Assembly: GCA_044236265.1 (NCBI GenBank)
Contig: JBIIGV010000062.1
Location: 1 to 17,744, forward strand
Direction of reading: 5' to 3'
From: Oligoflexales bacterium
Lineage (GTDB): Bacteria > Bdellovibrionota_B > Oligoflexia > Oligoflexales > RGVZ01
Length of the DNA stretch: 17,744 nt
Part shown: positions 1 to 7,785 of the stretch, one piece after another
How positions within the stretch are numbered: position 1 is the stretch's first letter
Layout of the letters: each line of letters begins with the position of its first letter
The notes under the pieces: generated by a model
Seen by the model: the letters and a program-made list of their open reading frames with translations, nothing else
What the model was told of the DNA's origin: nothing
Databases searched by the model: none
Made by a program: the position numbers and the translations under genes

Positions 1-666
1 TTCAATATTATTGCCTTTACGCTCAAATCCTTCTTCCCGGTAGTTCTCTGGTGGGGCATCGGTTGCATAACCGCTTCCCGTCAAAGACTCTGGTGCAGAA
101 GACTTCTTTTTGCCTCCACCCGCTCTGGTAGTTCTGCGAAGCTCTACCTCCTCGAGCTGGGCAAACTCCTTGCGCCCTTTATTATCGATAAGAATCATGT
201 CGCGCAGAATTTCTATGACTTTGGCCTCAGGCGTTAACTGATCACCAACCATGAATGAATTCACTGATTTGTTCTGCGTGTTTTCCACCATGGCAATACC
301 ATTGAATGGGGTTCCACCGTAAATGATTCCTAGTATCCGCACGGGCAATTGGGTTTTGGCCATTTGAGACTCGCCCGCAGAGGGGTCGACGTCTCCCATC
401 AAACCTTCCGAGTTAAAAATATTGCGCTCAAGGATTTTTTCGACGGCAACTTTTGCAAGACCGACATCCTGACCAAAATTAATTGGCTGATCACCAGATT
501 GGCTACTACCGACTCCATTTCCCACATGACCCATCAGCCACCATCCAAGAATGGAGCTAACTATTGAGGCCAGTAAAAAACTGCCAACCAGCACAGCCAC
601 AGCCGCTCGCCATGGCAAAGGGCGAAGTTTATTGATGTAGTGATTGAGATTATCCAACTCAAACAC
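1..666 (-). CDS. gspC: Type II secretion system protein C (GspC), 3' end runs off the window
   Basis: Not in the ORF track; translated by hand. GTG at 666 has a GGGGAG SD inside the aroK 3' end, and the frame is open to base 1 (222 codons). Sequence: MFELDNLNHYINKLRPLPWRAAVAVLVGSFLLASIVSSILGWWLMG (TM helix)...KILERNIFNSEG...QLPVRILGIIYGG...SFMVGDQLTPEAKVIEILRDMILIDNKGRKE. This matches the GspC HR-domain pattern of delta-proteobacteria/Bdellovibrionota. Confidence 0.85.
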   Translation of the reverse strand, partial: MFELDNLNHYINKLRPLPWRAAVAVLVGSFLLASIVSSILGWWLMGHVGNGVGSSQSGDQPINFGQDVGLAKVAVEKILERNIFNSEGLMGDVDPSAGESQMAKTQLPVRILGIIYGGTPFNGIAMVENTQNKSVNSFMVGDQLTPEAKVIEILRDMILIDNKGRKEFAQLEEVELRRTTRAGGGKKKSSAPESLTGSGYATDAPPENYREEGFERKGNNIE

Positions 667-669
667 GGC

Positions 670-1329
670 TTACAGACTCCCCTTCTTCTGACTGCTTGAA
701 AAACGATTGCGGTCAGTTTTCATAATCCCCTCGGAAACCAAGATATCTTTCAGATGTTGTGCAGCCATCTCGGGCGTAACATATGAACCGTCAAGTACAA
801 CATCAGCTTGGCTGTACCATGGCCGACGCTCGTCAATCATTTTCTGGACTCTCTCGCGTATTTTTTCACGACGCATTTCGTGGTTTTCCTCAGACACCAA
901 ATCGCGAAATAGTGGCCTTTTTTCAATTTCAGAAATACGCCTGAACAATCGTCTCGATATCTCACCAGCCGATGATTGAATCCACACAACAGGACCTATT
1001 TTTTGAGCCGTTGCCATCGCGTCGTTGGACAGAAGAGCACCACCGCCTACGGCGATGACGTGACTTCGTAAATTTTGCAGTCCAGACAACAACTTCGCCT
1101 CATACTCACGGAAAACAAGCTCACCGTCGCTAGCGAATATTTCTTCAATTTTTTTTCCAGATGCTTTTTCGATGAGTTCGTCGAGATCAATAAAACCTAA
1201 ACCCAGAAGCTTCGCAATTTGCTGACCTATGGCCGACTTCCCGCTGCCACTGGCACCGGTCAGAATGATATTACCGAGCTTGTGACGCACGTCCGGCAAA
1301 CTCAGAGAATTGTTTTCAATGACAACCAA
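670..1329 (-). CDS. aroK: Shikimate kinase
   Basis: P-loop GASGSGKS, DLDELIE, GELVFREYE, GGGA, RPLF and RRPWY motifs. The TTG start is uncertain. Confidence 0.92.
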   Translation of the reverse strand: MVVIENNSLSLPDVRHKLGNIILTGASGSGKSAIGQQIAKLLGLGFIDLDELIEKASGKKIEEIFASDGELVFREYEAKLLSGLQNLRSHVIAVGGGALLSNDAMATAQKIGPVVWIQSSAGEISRRLFRRISEIEKRPLFRDLVSEENHEMRREKIRERVQKMIDERRPWYSQADVVLDGSYVTPEMAAQHLKDILVSEGIMKTDRNRFSSSQKKGSL

Positions 1330-1541
1330 AAGAAAAACCTTCGAACAGAGTCATTTAGCACATACATATCATTATTTTATGCCATGACTCCCCGCTGACG
1401 CTAGGTTCTGCCAAATAATGGTTAAAGACCCAAAAAACACACGGCTTTTGAGATCAACTTGGTCAAATGCCAAACTTAAGTTGGTACAAAACCCAAGGAA
1501 TTGGGTCGCAACCGAGTCACTTTACTGCGGCTGAAATGCAG

Positions 1542-2906
1542 TTATGGTCGCCATGATGCTAGTTTTGCGAGGTTGTTCGTGGAGCGCGGCGGGACCTTCA
1601 GCACATAACGAGAGGGGAAGACGCCGTTCGACCGCATGAACGAACGGCCGATATCCGGATTTAATGATGTGATCGTAAAGTTTGTCAGCTTGTACTTCTT
1701 TTTGACCTCTGAAAGGGACTTACCGCCAACTTTAACTGTCTCAAATCTTAATGCCTCAGAGGGAGGGATCTCAGGAAACACCTTCTGTGCGTTCTTTAAT
1801 GTCGCAAGCAGACCGAGGAAGCCGGCGTAGAAATTCTTGGAAGCAAATCCAAAATTGGCTCCATCATATTTATTGATCAATGTCACAATGTCGGAGGTAC
1901 CCTTTTCACGCATCGCCCGGGAAATTCCACCGACACCATGATTATAGGCGGTAATTGCCAATGGCCATTCGCCCAGAATTTTATAGTTCATAGAGAGCAG
2001 CTTTGCAGCGGCACGACTGGCTTTGATGGGGTCATTACGCTCATCAATCAGGTCGTTAACAATTAAATAGTCGCGACCAGTTTCAGGCATAACCTGGTAA
2101 ACACCGCTCGCGCCGACTTTACTCAAAGCTTTAAGATTAAATGATGACTCAATAAAGGCGATACGTGCCAACTCGGGCATTAAACCTTGTTTCTGAAATT
2201 CTGCCTCAACATGTGGTAAATACTTCTGAGCTACTTCCAGGCCAGTGGCAATATATTCGCGTTGTCCTCGCTGAACCCTTAAACTCGACGCTGCTATTCG
2301 GAATTTATTTTTGGCTGAAATATGTGCGAAGGCATCGTGAACACGGCGCTCAGTGACCGTGAGTTTATCTCTTTCAATTTTTTTCAGTCCAGCTAGTTTA
2401 TGGAGAATTTGACGGTAATGTCGACGCCTGGAATCTAGTCCCGGCTTCATTAACTTTTCTCGACGCTTGTCCCCCACATCGGCAATCCTGGTACTATCGT
2501 GGATTTCAAGAACAACCTCCGGGTATTCCGGAACATGAATCACATACTGATTTTTTGACCATAAAGAGTAAACACGCCGCCAAAAGTTGACCCTACGTGA
2601 AATAGCCTGAGGAACGCGGATATTCTCACTAACTTTAAATGATTCGGCGTCTTGCTTAAAAGCAGCATCAGAACAGGCAAGGTATTGGATATCAATTTGC
2701 CCCAACGCGCCGACTCGAACCGGCACGCATTCTTCTTCTTTGGACATTGCCTCTCGGATTTTTACAAAAACCTCATGCTCACGGTCCATGGTATGAGACA
2801 ACCCCGCCTGGACGGGCTTTTTGGCGTACATAACGACGTCTATTGAGCTTACCGCTACAAATAGGACGATAGTTAAAAGGCTAAACACCGAAAATAACTG
2901 TCTCAA
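1542..2906 (-). CDS. Lytic murein transglycosylase (MltD/SLT family), exported or anchored, with a possible degenerate C-terminal LysM
   Basis: Catalytic IESSF, ASGVYQVM and AITAYNHG motifs, RNDP motif, N-terminal hydrophobic segment. C-terminal KSLSEVKKKYKL...LNP...LKVP resembles LysM. GAGGTG SD precedes the TTG start. Confidence 0.9.
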   Translation of the reverse strand: MRQLFSVFSLLTIVLFVAVSSIDVVMYAKKPVQAGLSHTMDREHEVFVKIREAMSKEEECVPVRVGALGQIDIQYLACSDAAFKQDAESFKVSENIRVPQAISRRVNFWRRVYSLWSKNQYVIHVPEYPEVVLEIHDSTRIADVGDKRREKLMKPGLDSRRRHYRQILHKLAGLKKIERDKLTVTERRVHDAFAHISAKNKFRIAASSLRVQRGQREYIATGLEVAQKYLPHVEAEFQKQGLMPELARIAFIESSFNLKALSKVGASGVYQVMPETGRDYLIVNDLIDERNDPIKASRAAAKLLSMNYKILGEWPLAITAYNHGVGGISRAMREKGTSDIVTLINKYDGANFGFASKNFYAGFLGLLATLKNAQKVFPEIPPSEALRFETVKVGGKSLSEVKKKYKLTNFTITSLNPDIGRSFMRSNGVFPSRYVLKVPPRSTNNLAKLASWRP

Positions 2907-2993
2907 ATATCACCTCGGGGACCAAAACCACTCAAACAGTAAGAGCATCCACAGGACTGGCAAACGCTCAGAGCTACGTCGCGACGACCTATA

Positions 2994-3009
2994 AGCAATC
3001 CTTGTGCCC
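2994..3009 (-). promoter_or_regulatory. Putative sigma54 (-24/-12) promoter for the lytic transglycosylase
   Basis: The minus strand reads GGGCAC-AAGGA-TTGCT against the consensus TGGCAC-N5-TTGCW, with exact GG-N10-GC spacing, about 90 bp upstream of the start codon. Confidence 0.75.
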
Positions 3010-3056
3010 CGCTAACCTATTAATAAGAGGCAAAAATGAGTGACCTTTGGGCGAAC

Positions 3057-3076
3057 ACTGTCAGAATCCTGACAGT
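3057..3076. promoter_or_regulatory. Perfect palindrome, candidate enhancer-binding-protein or CRP-family site
   Basis: ACTGTCAG-AATC-CTGACAGT (TGTCA-N6-TGACA) in the divergent transglycosylase/fliG intergenic region, centred about 84 bp upstream of the predicted sigma54 start site. Confidence 0.6.
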
Positions 3077-3145
3077 CTGGCAACCTTCTGACGCTGCTCG
3101 TAAAATAGAAGGAAAGCTAAACAACTTATGTGGGAGGCTACCCCC

Positions 3146-4147
3146 ATGGCTACTGCCAAGTACACTGGAGCTCAGAAGGCTGCGATTTTGATGCTCTCAT
3201 TTGGAGAGGAAATCTCTGCCGAGATTTTCAAGAGCATGACTGAATTCGAAATCAAGCGCATCGGTACAGCAATGAGCCGCCTGGGCCGCCTCGATAATGA
3301 TATCGTCGATCAGGTCATGATGGAGTTCTATGGAATCATTCAACAAAACAAAAAGTTCTTTTACGGCGGTAATGAATTCACGAAAAAAGTCATTGGCACA
3401 GCATTCAAAGGTGGTGAGGCCGATGAACTGATCGAGCAACTATCCCTCGGTTCTCAGGCAAACCTGGACTCGCTTGAATTGATCGACTCTAAATCTCTGG
3501 CCAACTTTATTCGTAATGAGCACCCGCAGACAGTCGCCCTGATTCTTGCTCACTTGGACAACAAAAAATGTGGTGAGGTCTTAAAACTTCTACCAGAGAG
3601 TATTCACACAGAAGTCCTAATTCGTATTGCCAATCTAGACGCTGTGCAACCAGAGATCATTGACGAAATCGACGACGTACTCCGCCAGGAGGTCAACGCC
3701 ATGGGTAGCGTTGCGACACAGAAAATCGGCGGTGTGGAGCCGATCGCTGGCATGCTCAATCTCATGGATAAAGCATCGGCTGAACAGATCCTTGATAGCT
3801 TTGAGGAGCGCGATCCTGACTTGGCTGAAAAGATTCGTCAGCTTATGTTCGTCTTTGATGACCTTGTTAAGATTGACGACCGTGGTATTCAAGAGCTCAT
3901 TAAAAACGTCAACAACGACAAATGGAAGATCGCTCTTAGAACAGCTAGCGAGGCGGTCAAGGAGCTGGTCTTCAAAAATATGTCCGAGCGTGCGGCCGTC
4001 ATGCTTAAAGAAGATATGGAAGCATCTGGTGCCGTCAAGCTTTCGGATGTGGAAGCTTCTCAACTTGAAGTCATCAACATTGCTCGCAAGCTCGAGAGCG
4101 AAGGCAAGATCGTCATCCAGGGCGGTGGTGATGCTGCGTTCGTCTAA
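3146..4147 (+). CDS. fliG: Flagellar motor switch protein FliG
   Basis: GAQKAAIL N-terminus, EHPQ motif, GG linker, MFVF motif and torque helix MSERAAVMLKEDM. Start moved from 3128 to the ATG at 3146, which follows a GGGAGG SD. Confidence 0.97.
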   Translation: MATAKYTGAQKAAILMLSFGEEISAEIFKSMTEFEIKRIGTAMSRLGRLDNDIVDQVMMEFYGIIQQNKKFFYGGNEFTKKVIGTAFKGGEADELIEQLSLGSQANLDSLELIDSKSLANFIRNEHPQTVALILAHLDNKKCGEVLKLLPESIHTEVLIRIANLDAVQPEIIDEIDDVLRQEVNAMGSVATQKIGGVEPIAGMLNLMDKASAEQILDSFEERDPDLAEKIRQLMFVFDDLVKIDDRGIQELIKNVNNDKWKIALRTASEAVKELVFKNMSERAAVMLKEDMEASGAVKLSDVEASQLEVINIARKLESEGKIVIQGGGDAAFV

Positions 4148-4174
4148 AAGTTCCAACGCATATCTGTGATTAAT

Positions 4175-4215
4175 TTTTAGTCTGTGGTCAGCAAAACCAC
4201 AGACTAAAATTTTTT
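4175..4215 (+). terminator. Intrinsic terminator after fliG
   Basis: TTTTAGTCTGTGGT-CAGCAAA-ACCACAGACTAAAA forms a 14-bp stem, followed by a T run. Confidence 0.75.
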
Positions 4216-4357
4216 GAGACGCATTCGCCGCGATCCCATTTGAGGATTTCTTCGTCTTTTAGAAGTCTCACCCGAATTTAATGTAGCCAGCATTACCATA
4301 ATTGATAAAACACCACCTCTGACATGCTGTAGAACTCTGTTATCTTTTTTTGGTTTC

Positions 4358-5317
4358 ATGAATAAGACCAATTCCATCTTGAGGCATCCTAAGACCGGCA
4401 CTTACGGTTTTCATGACAGCAGGACTTTTTACACTTGGCTTTTGCTGTCCCTTGGAATTCACTGCATCGCCATAATTTCAGCGAACCAACCAAGCTTTAA
4501 GCCCAAGTCGAAAGTGAAAACGACTTTGTCCAGTATTCGTTTAAACGTGGTGGACACCACACCAGTTGGGCAGCATACAACTAGCAGGTCGTCAGAGACA
4601 CCCTCTGACGCAGCGGACAAAGAAAACCAACGACATGAAATAGCATCACGGGCGTTGAGAGCCCCTGGGAGCTATGCGAAATTACTTCCAAGTCAAAATT
4701 GGCTGCCAGATCATCCGGCAGCAGGAGAAACAAGGACTGACCGCGCGAAGATATCGCCAAGTCTTTTAACTGATAAAACAAAGATCGGACGATATTATGG
4801 GCTGGAGGGACAAAGGGTCACTCCCGAAACTGAAAAAAATTTAGATTTTTTCGCCACCCACATTGTCATACCAGTGTTGTGGCGAACATTTGCCGAGGAG
4901 GCAAAGGCTGAGGCTATCCTAAGCATAAACTCGTCAGAAGATCTGCTCCTTGAAAGTCTTTTTGGTGAGCCGATGCTTAGAGCCATTCTTTATGATGCAC
5001 TGACTAAACGCAGAAATATCGACCCGATTTATTCAGGCCTCCGCATGAGGAAGATTTCACGTTACAAGGTTATTTTGAGATTTAAACCCGAGAACGAAAA
5101 ACCGGCCGGGCTTGGGTTATCAATTGCAGCGTTTTCAGACGGCATGGTGATCACCAAACTCTTACCACAGGTTATGAAACAGTTCCCGGGAATGCCTCTT
5201 GAGGACGAAGAATCCCGACGCGGCAAACGCCGCGAGCAGGCTCAGATCAGTAAACTCATGGAATCAGCGGCATTTAGACATCCCATTAGGGATATGAAGC
5301 TTGTCGATCGACAATAA
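4358..5317 (+). CDS. Hypothetical membrane-anchored protein with a TonB/TolA-like TM helix
   Basis: 319-aa ORF with a single N-terminal TM helix WLLLSLGIHCIAII (SxxxH), a polar low-complexity linker and an unrecognised C-terminal domain. Confidence 0.6.
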   Translation: MNKTNSILRHPKTGTYGFHDSRTFYTWLLLSLGIHCIAIISANQPSFKPKSKVKTTLSSIRLNVVDTTPVGQHTTSRSSETPSDAADKENQRHEIASRALRAPGSYAKLLPSQNWLPDHPAAGETRTDRAKISPSLLTDKTKIGRYYGLEGQRVTPETEKNLDFFATHIVIPVLWRTFAEEAKAEAILSINSSEDLLLESLFGEPMLRAILYDALTKRRNIDPIYSGLRMRKISRYKVILRFKPENEKPAGLGLSIAAFSDGMVITKLLPQVMKQFPGMPLEDEESRRGKRREQAQISKLMESAAFRHPIRDMKLVDRQ

Positions 5318-5426
5318 TCCGAATTTAGATCTATGGAAGATAAAAACCGCTTGTGACATCCGACTAATCATTTAATCTCAAGTTTCAAGCGACTTCTTTT
5401 AAACCAGATTGCCATGGAGGAATGCT

Positions 5427-6230
5427 TTGACTGACGCACCCTGGATTTTTCACTGGAATGTTGATCCTGTTCTCATTCACCTTGGGCCACTAGCAATCAG
5501 ATATTACAGCCTGGGATTCATACTCGGATTTTATATCGGCTACGCTTACATGAAGTCGATATTCACGAAAAAAGGCTTTAGTAAAACCGCCTTGGACGAT
5601 CTGCTCCTTTATGTGTTTTGGGGCACAATCATCGGGGCCAGACTGGGGCACTGTCTTTTTTATGAACCAGAGGTCTACCTTAGAGACCCTATTGCCATAC
5701 TCAAAGTGTGGGAGGGCGGCCTCGCAAGTCATGGTGGAACTCTAGGCGTCATCATTGCTGTCTATTTCTACTGCCGCCGCTATCCCGATATCACGATGAA
5801 GTTTTTGGCTGACGAGCTGACCTTTCCTATCGCAATAACGGCAGGGTTTATAAGGCTTGGAAACTTGTTCAACAGTGAAATCATCGGTCGACCCACGGGA
5901 GCAGACTGGGGCGTTATTTTTGACCGGGTCGATGCGATTCCCAGGTATCCAGCTCAGCTCTTCGAATCGATTGCCTACTTTGCCACTGCCTTTCTCATTC
6001 TGATCTGGCAAAAACGTAGTGCCTGGCTCAATGAGCCCCTGCGACGAAACGGTTTGATGTTTGCCATGATATTTACAGCAAGGTTTTTCATCGAGTTCTT
6101 CAAGGAGGTGCAGGTCTCCTTTGAGGAAAGCATGCCACTTGATATGGGACAATTATTGTCTATTCCATTCATCACCTTCGGGGTTTGGGCTCTGTTTCGT
6201 AAAATCCCAGCAAGGCCAGATTCCAAATAA
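5427..6230 (+). CDS. lgt: Prolipoprotein diacylglyceryl transferase
   Basis: GPLAIRYY, IIGARLGHCLFY, WEGGLASHGG, RLGNLFNSEIIGR, RYPAQLFE, RFFIEFFK and MGQLLS motifs. The TTG at 5427 lies 6 nt after GGAGG; the ORF track start is 5409. Confidence 0.96.
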   Translation: MTDAPWIFHWNVDPVLIHLGPLAIRYYSLGFILGFYIGYAYMKSIFTKKGFSKTALDDLLLYVFWGTIIGARLGHCLFYEPEVYLRDPIAILKVWEGGLASHGGTLGVIIAVYFYCRRYPDITMKFLADELTFPIAITAGFIRLGNLFNSEIIGRPTGADWGVIFDRVDAIPRYPAQLFESIAYFATAFLILIWQKRSAWLNEPLRRNGLMFAMIFTARFFIEFFKEVQVSFEESMPLDMGQLLSIPFITFGVWALFRKIPARPDSK

Positions 6231-6240
6231 ATCAACAAAC

Positions 6241-6274
6241 AAAAAAGGCTGCCCCCAAAGGGCAGCCTATTTTA
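6241..6274. terminator. Bidirectional intrinsic terminator between lgt and the S8 protease
   Basis: AAAAA-AGGCTGCCC-CCAAA-GGGCAGCCT-ATTTTT between convergent genes. Confidence 0.85.
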
Positions 6275-6290
6275 TAACTTGAAATTGTGA

Positions 6291-7631
6291 TTAGAACAGA
6301 GAAGGCATCGGAGCTACGAGCAGCTCTTTTTCCATTTCTGGACTGATGGACATCATCATAGTTTGCTGGCTGTCAGGAACCAATGACTTCGCCTGAGCAA
6401 TCGCAGCCTCGAGACCAATCTTAGCAGAAAGCTCTGCTGCCTTGACGGCACGGTGTGAGTTTACGATACCGCTGGTTCTGACTTTCCCTTGCAGCCATGG
6501 CTTGACGTCAACCGTCTCGCAAAGCAGCTTTTTGATGCCAGCCGGATTCAAGCTTGGGTTTGCGTCCTTGAGGCGTGCCGCTACGTTTGTAACGTATGGT
6601 GCTGCCATTGAGGTTCCACTCAACTCTAGGTATTCATTGCCTGGAATGGATGCACGAATGATAACGCCTGGAGCAGCTACGTCGACTTTCATCCCGTGAT
6701 TTGAGAAGGTAGCAATCTTTTCTGAACCCAAGGTTGCAGCCACGACGATTTTGTTTTCCGCGTCAATGTTAGCTGGCGAAACAGGAAGTTGATCGTTGTT
6801 TGTGCCATCGTTACCAGCTGCAAAGACAAACAATGTATTTGGAGCTGCTGTAACAAAGCCCTTACTTTCCGTGATCATGGCATTCACTAGCTCACGAGCG
6901 TACTCTTCAGTCTCTGCTTCGGTTGGATCAGCGCCAGTCAATTGCTTAACCAATTGAGCGACTACCGGCTTAACAGCATTGACGCTTGTTCCAAAGGAGC
7001 CATTGGCAACGTCAGCTTTAACGGCATTGGTGTACTTTCCAACATTCAGCAGCATGCCAGCCTGACGCTTGGCAACCATCTGCAGCATCATGCTAACCAA
7101 TGGATTTCCAGCTTTATCACGGAACTGATTAAGCTCTTTTCCGCCAGGAACCTCTGTGGGGATCAACTTCAGACCGACAATCGTTGCGGCATCCGACTCG
7201 TCCGTGGAAATGCCTGTGACGTGTGTTCCGTGAATGAAGTTACCAAACTTCTGAAGCTCTTTCAGGAAGTTGGTATCGCTACGCTTGCCTTTGTACCAGT
7301 TGATTTCTTCCTGTGTCGCCGTTCCTGTCAGGATCTTGCCCTGGATCTCGAACATCTTGTAGCAGTCTTGGGAGAATGTTCCCAAATACTTGTAGTCAAT
7401 GATTTCGTTATTATTCTCGGCGAAGTTCCAACCATGGGTGTCGTTGGCGTAGGTCGTACCATCAACAGTCGTACTACCGTTTGGGTTGCTCCACATGTCA
7501 GAGGCAAATGCCTCGTGCTTGTAATCAACTCCAGAGTCAATAATCGCTACTTGCGCTGCCTGAAGCGCAGACGCACCAAAAGCTAAACACGCTGCCAGGA
7601 ACTTACCCGCACGACGTACATCAAATCGCAT
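6291..7631 (-). CDS. Secreted subtilisin-like serine peptidase (S8)
   Basis: Signal peptide ending ALQA; catalytic D32 (VAIIDSG), H134 (HGTHVTG), oxyanion N274 (AAGND) and S341 (GTSMAAP); AAGGAGG SD. Confidence 0.95.
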   Translation of the reverse strand: MRFDVRRAGKFLAACLAFGASALQAAQVAIIDSGVDYKHEAFASDMWSNPNGSTTVDGTTYANDTHGWNFAENNNEIIDYKYLGTFSQDCYKMFEIQGKILTGTATQEEINWYKGKRSDTNFLKELQKFGNFIHGTHVTGISTDESDAATIVGLKLIPTEVPGGKELNQFRDKAGNPLVSMMLQMVAKRQAGMLLNVGKYTNAVKADVANGSFGTSVNAVKPVVAQLVKQLTGADPTEAETEEYARELVNAMITESKGFVTAAPNTLFVFAAGNDGTNNDQLPVSPANIDAENKIVVAATLGSEKIATFSNHGMKVDVAAPGVIIRASIPGNEYLELSGTSMAAPYVTNVAARLKDANPSLNPAGIKKLLCETVDVKPWLQGKVRTSGIVNSHRAVKAAELSAKIGLEAAIAQAKSLVPDSQQTMMMSISPEMEKELLVAPMPSLF

Positions 7632-7785
7632 TGTATCCTCCTTGATACGACCCCTATTGCTCCGACCTCAATGGTCAAAACTTTATTATTCGGTAAATTT
7701 CCAATTATTGTCCCCGATACCATTGGATACGGTCAATGAGTATTTGTAGGTACCCGGGGCACTGTGAATCTTACAACTATTTCAG

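Noticed and set aside
349..567. 72-aa plus-strand ORF
   Set aside because: It lies antisense within gspC.
3077..3097. TGGCAAC as a sigma54 promoter for fliG
   Set aside because: There is no GC at the required GG-N10-GC spacing.
3635..4169. 173-aa antisense and 169-aa alternative-frame ORFs over fliG
   Set aside because: They are explained by the codon bias of a conserved gene and have no recognisable motifs.
4204..4401. 65-aa minus-strand ORF
   Set aside because: It overlaps the start of the 4358 gene and the fliG terminator, with no supporting features.
6942..7586. 214-aa plus-strand ORF
   Set aside because: It is antisense to the S8 protease with no recognisable features.
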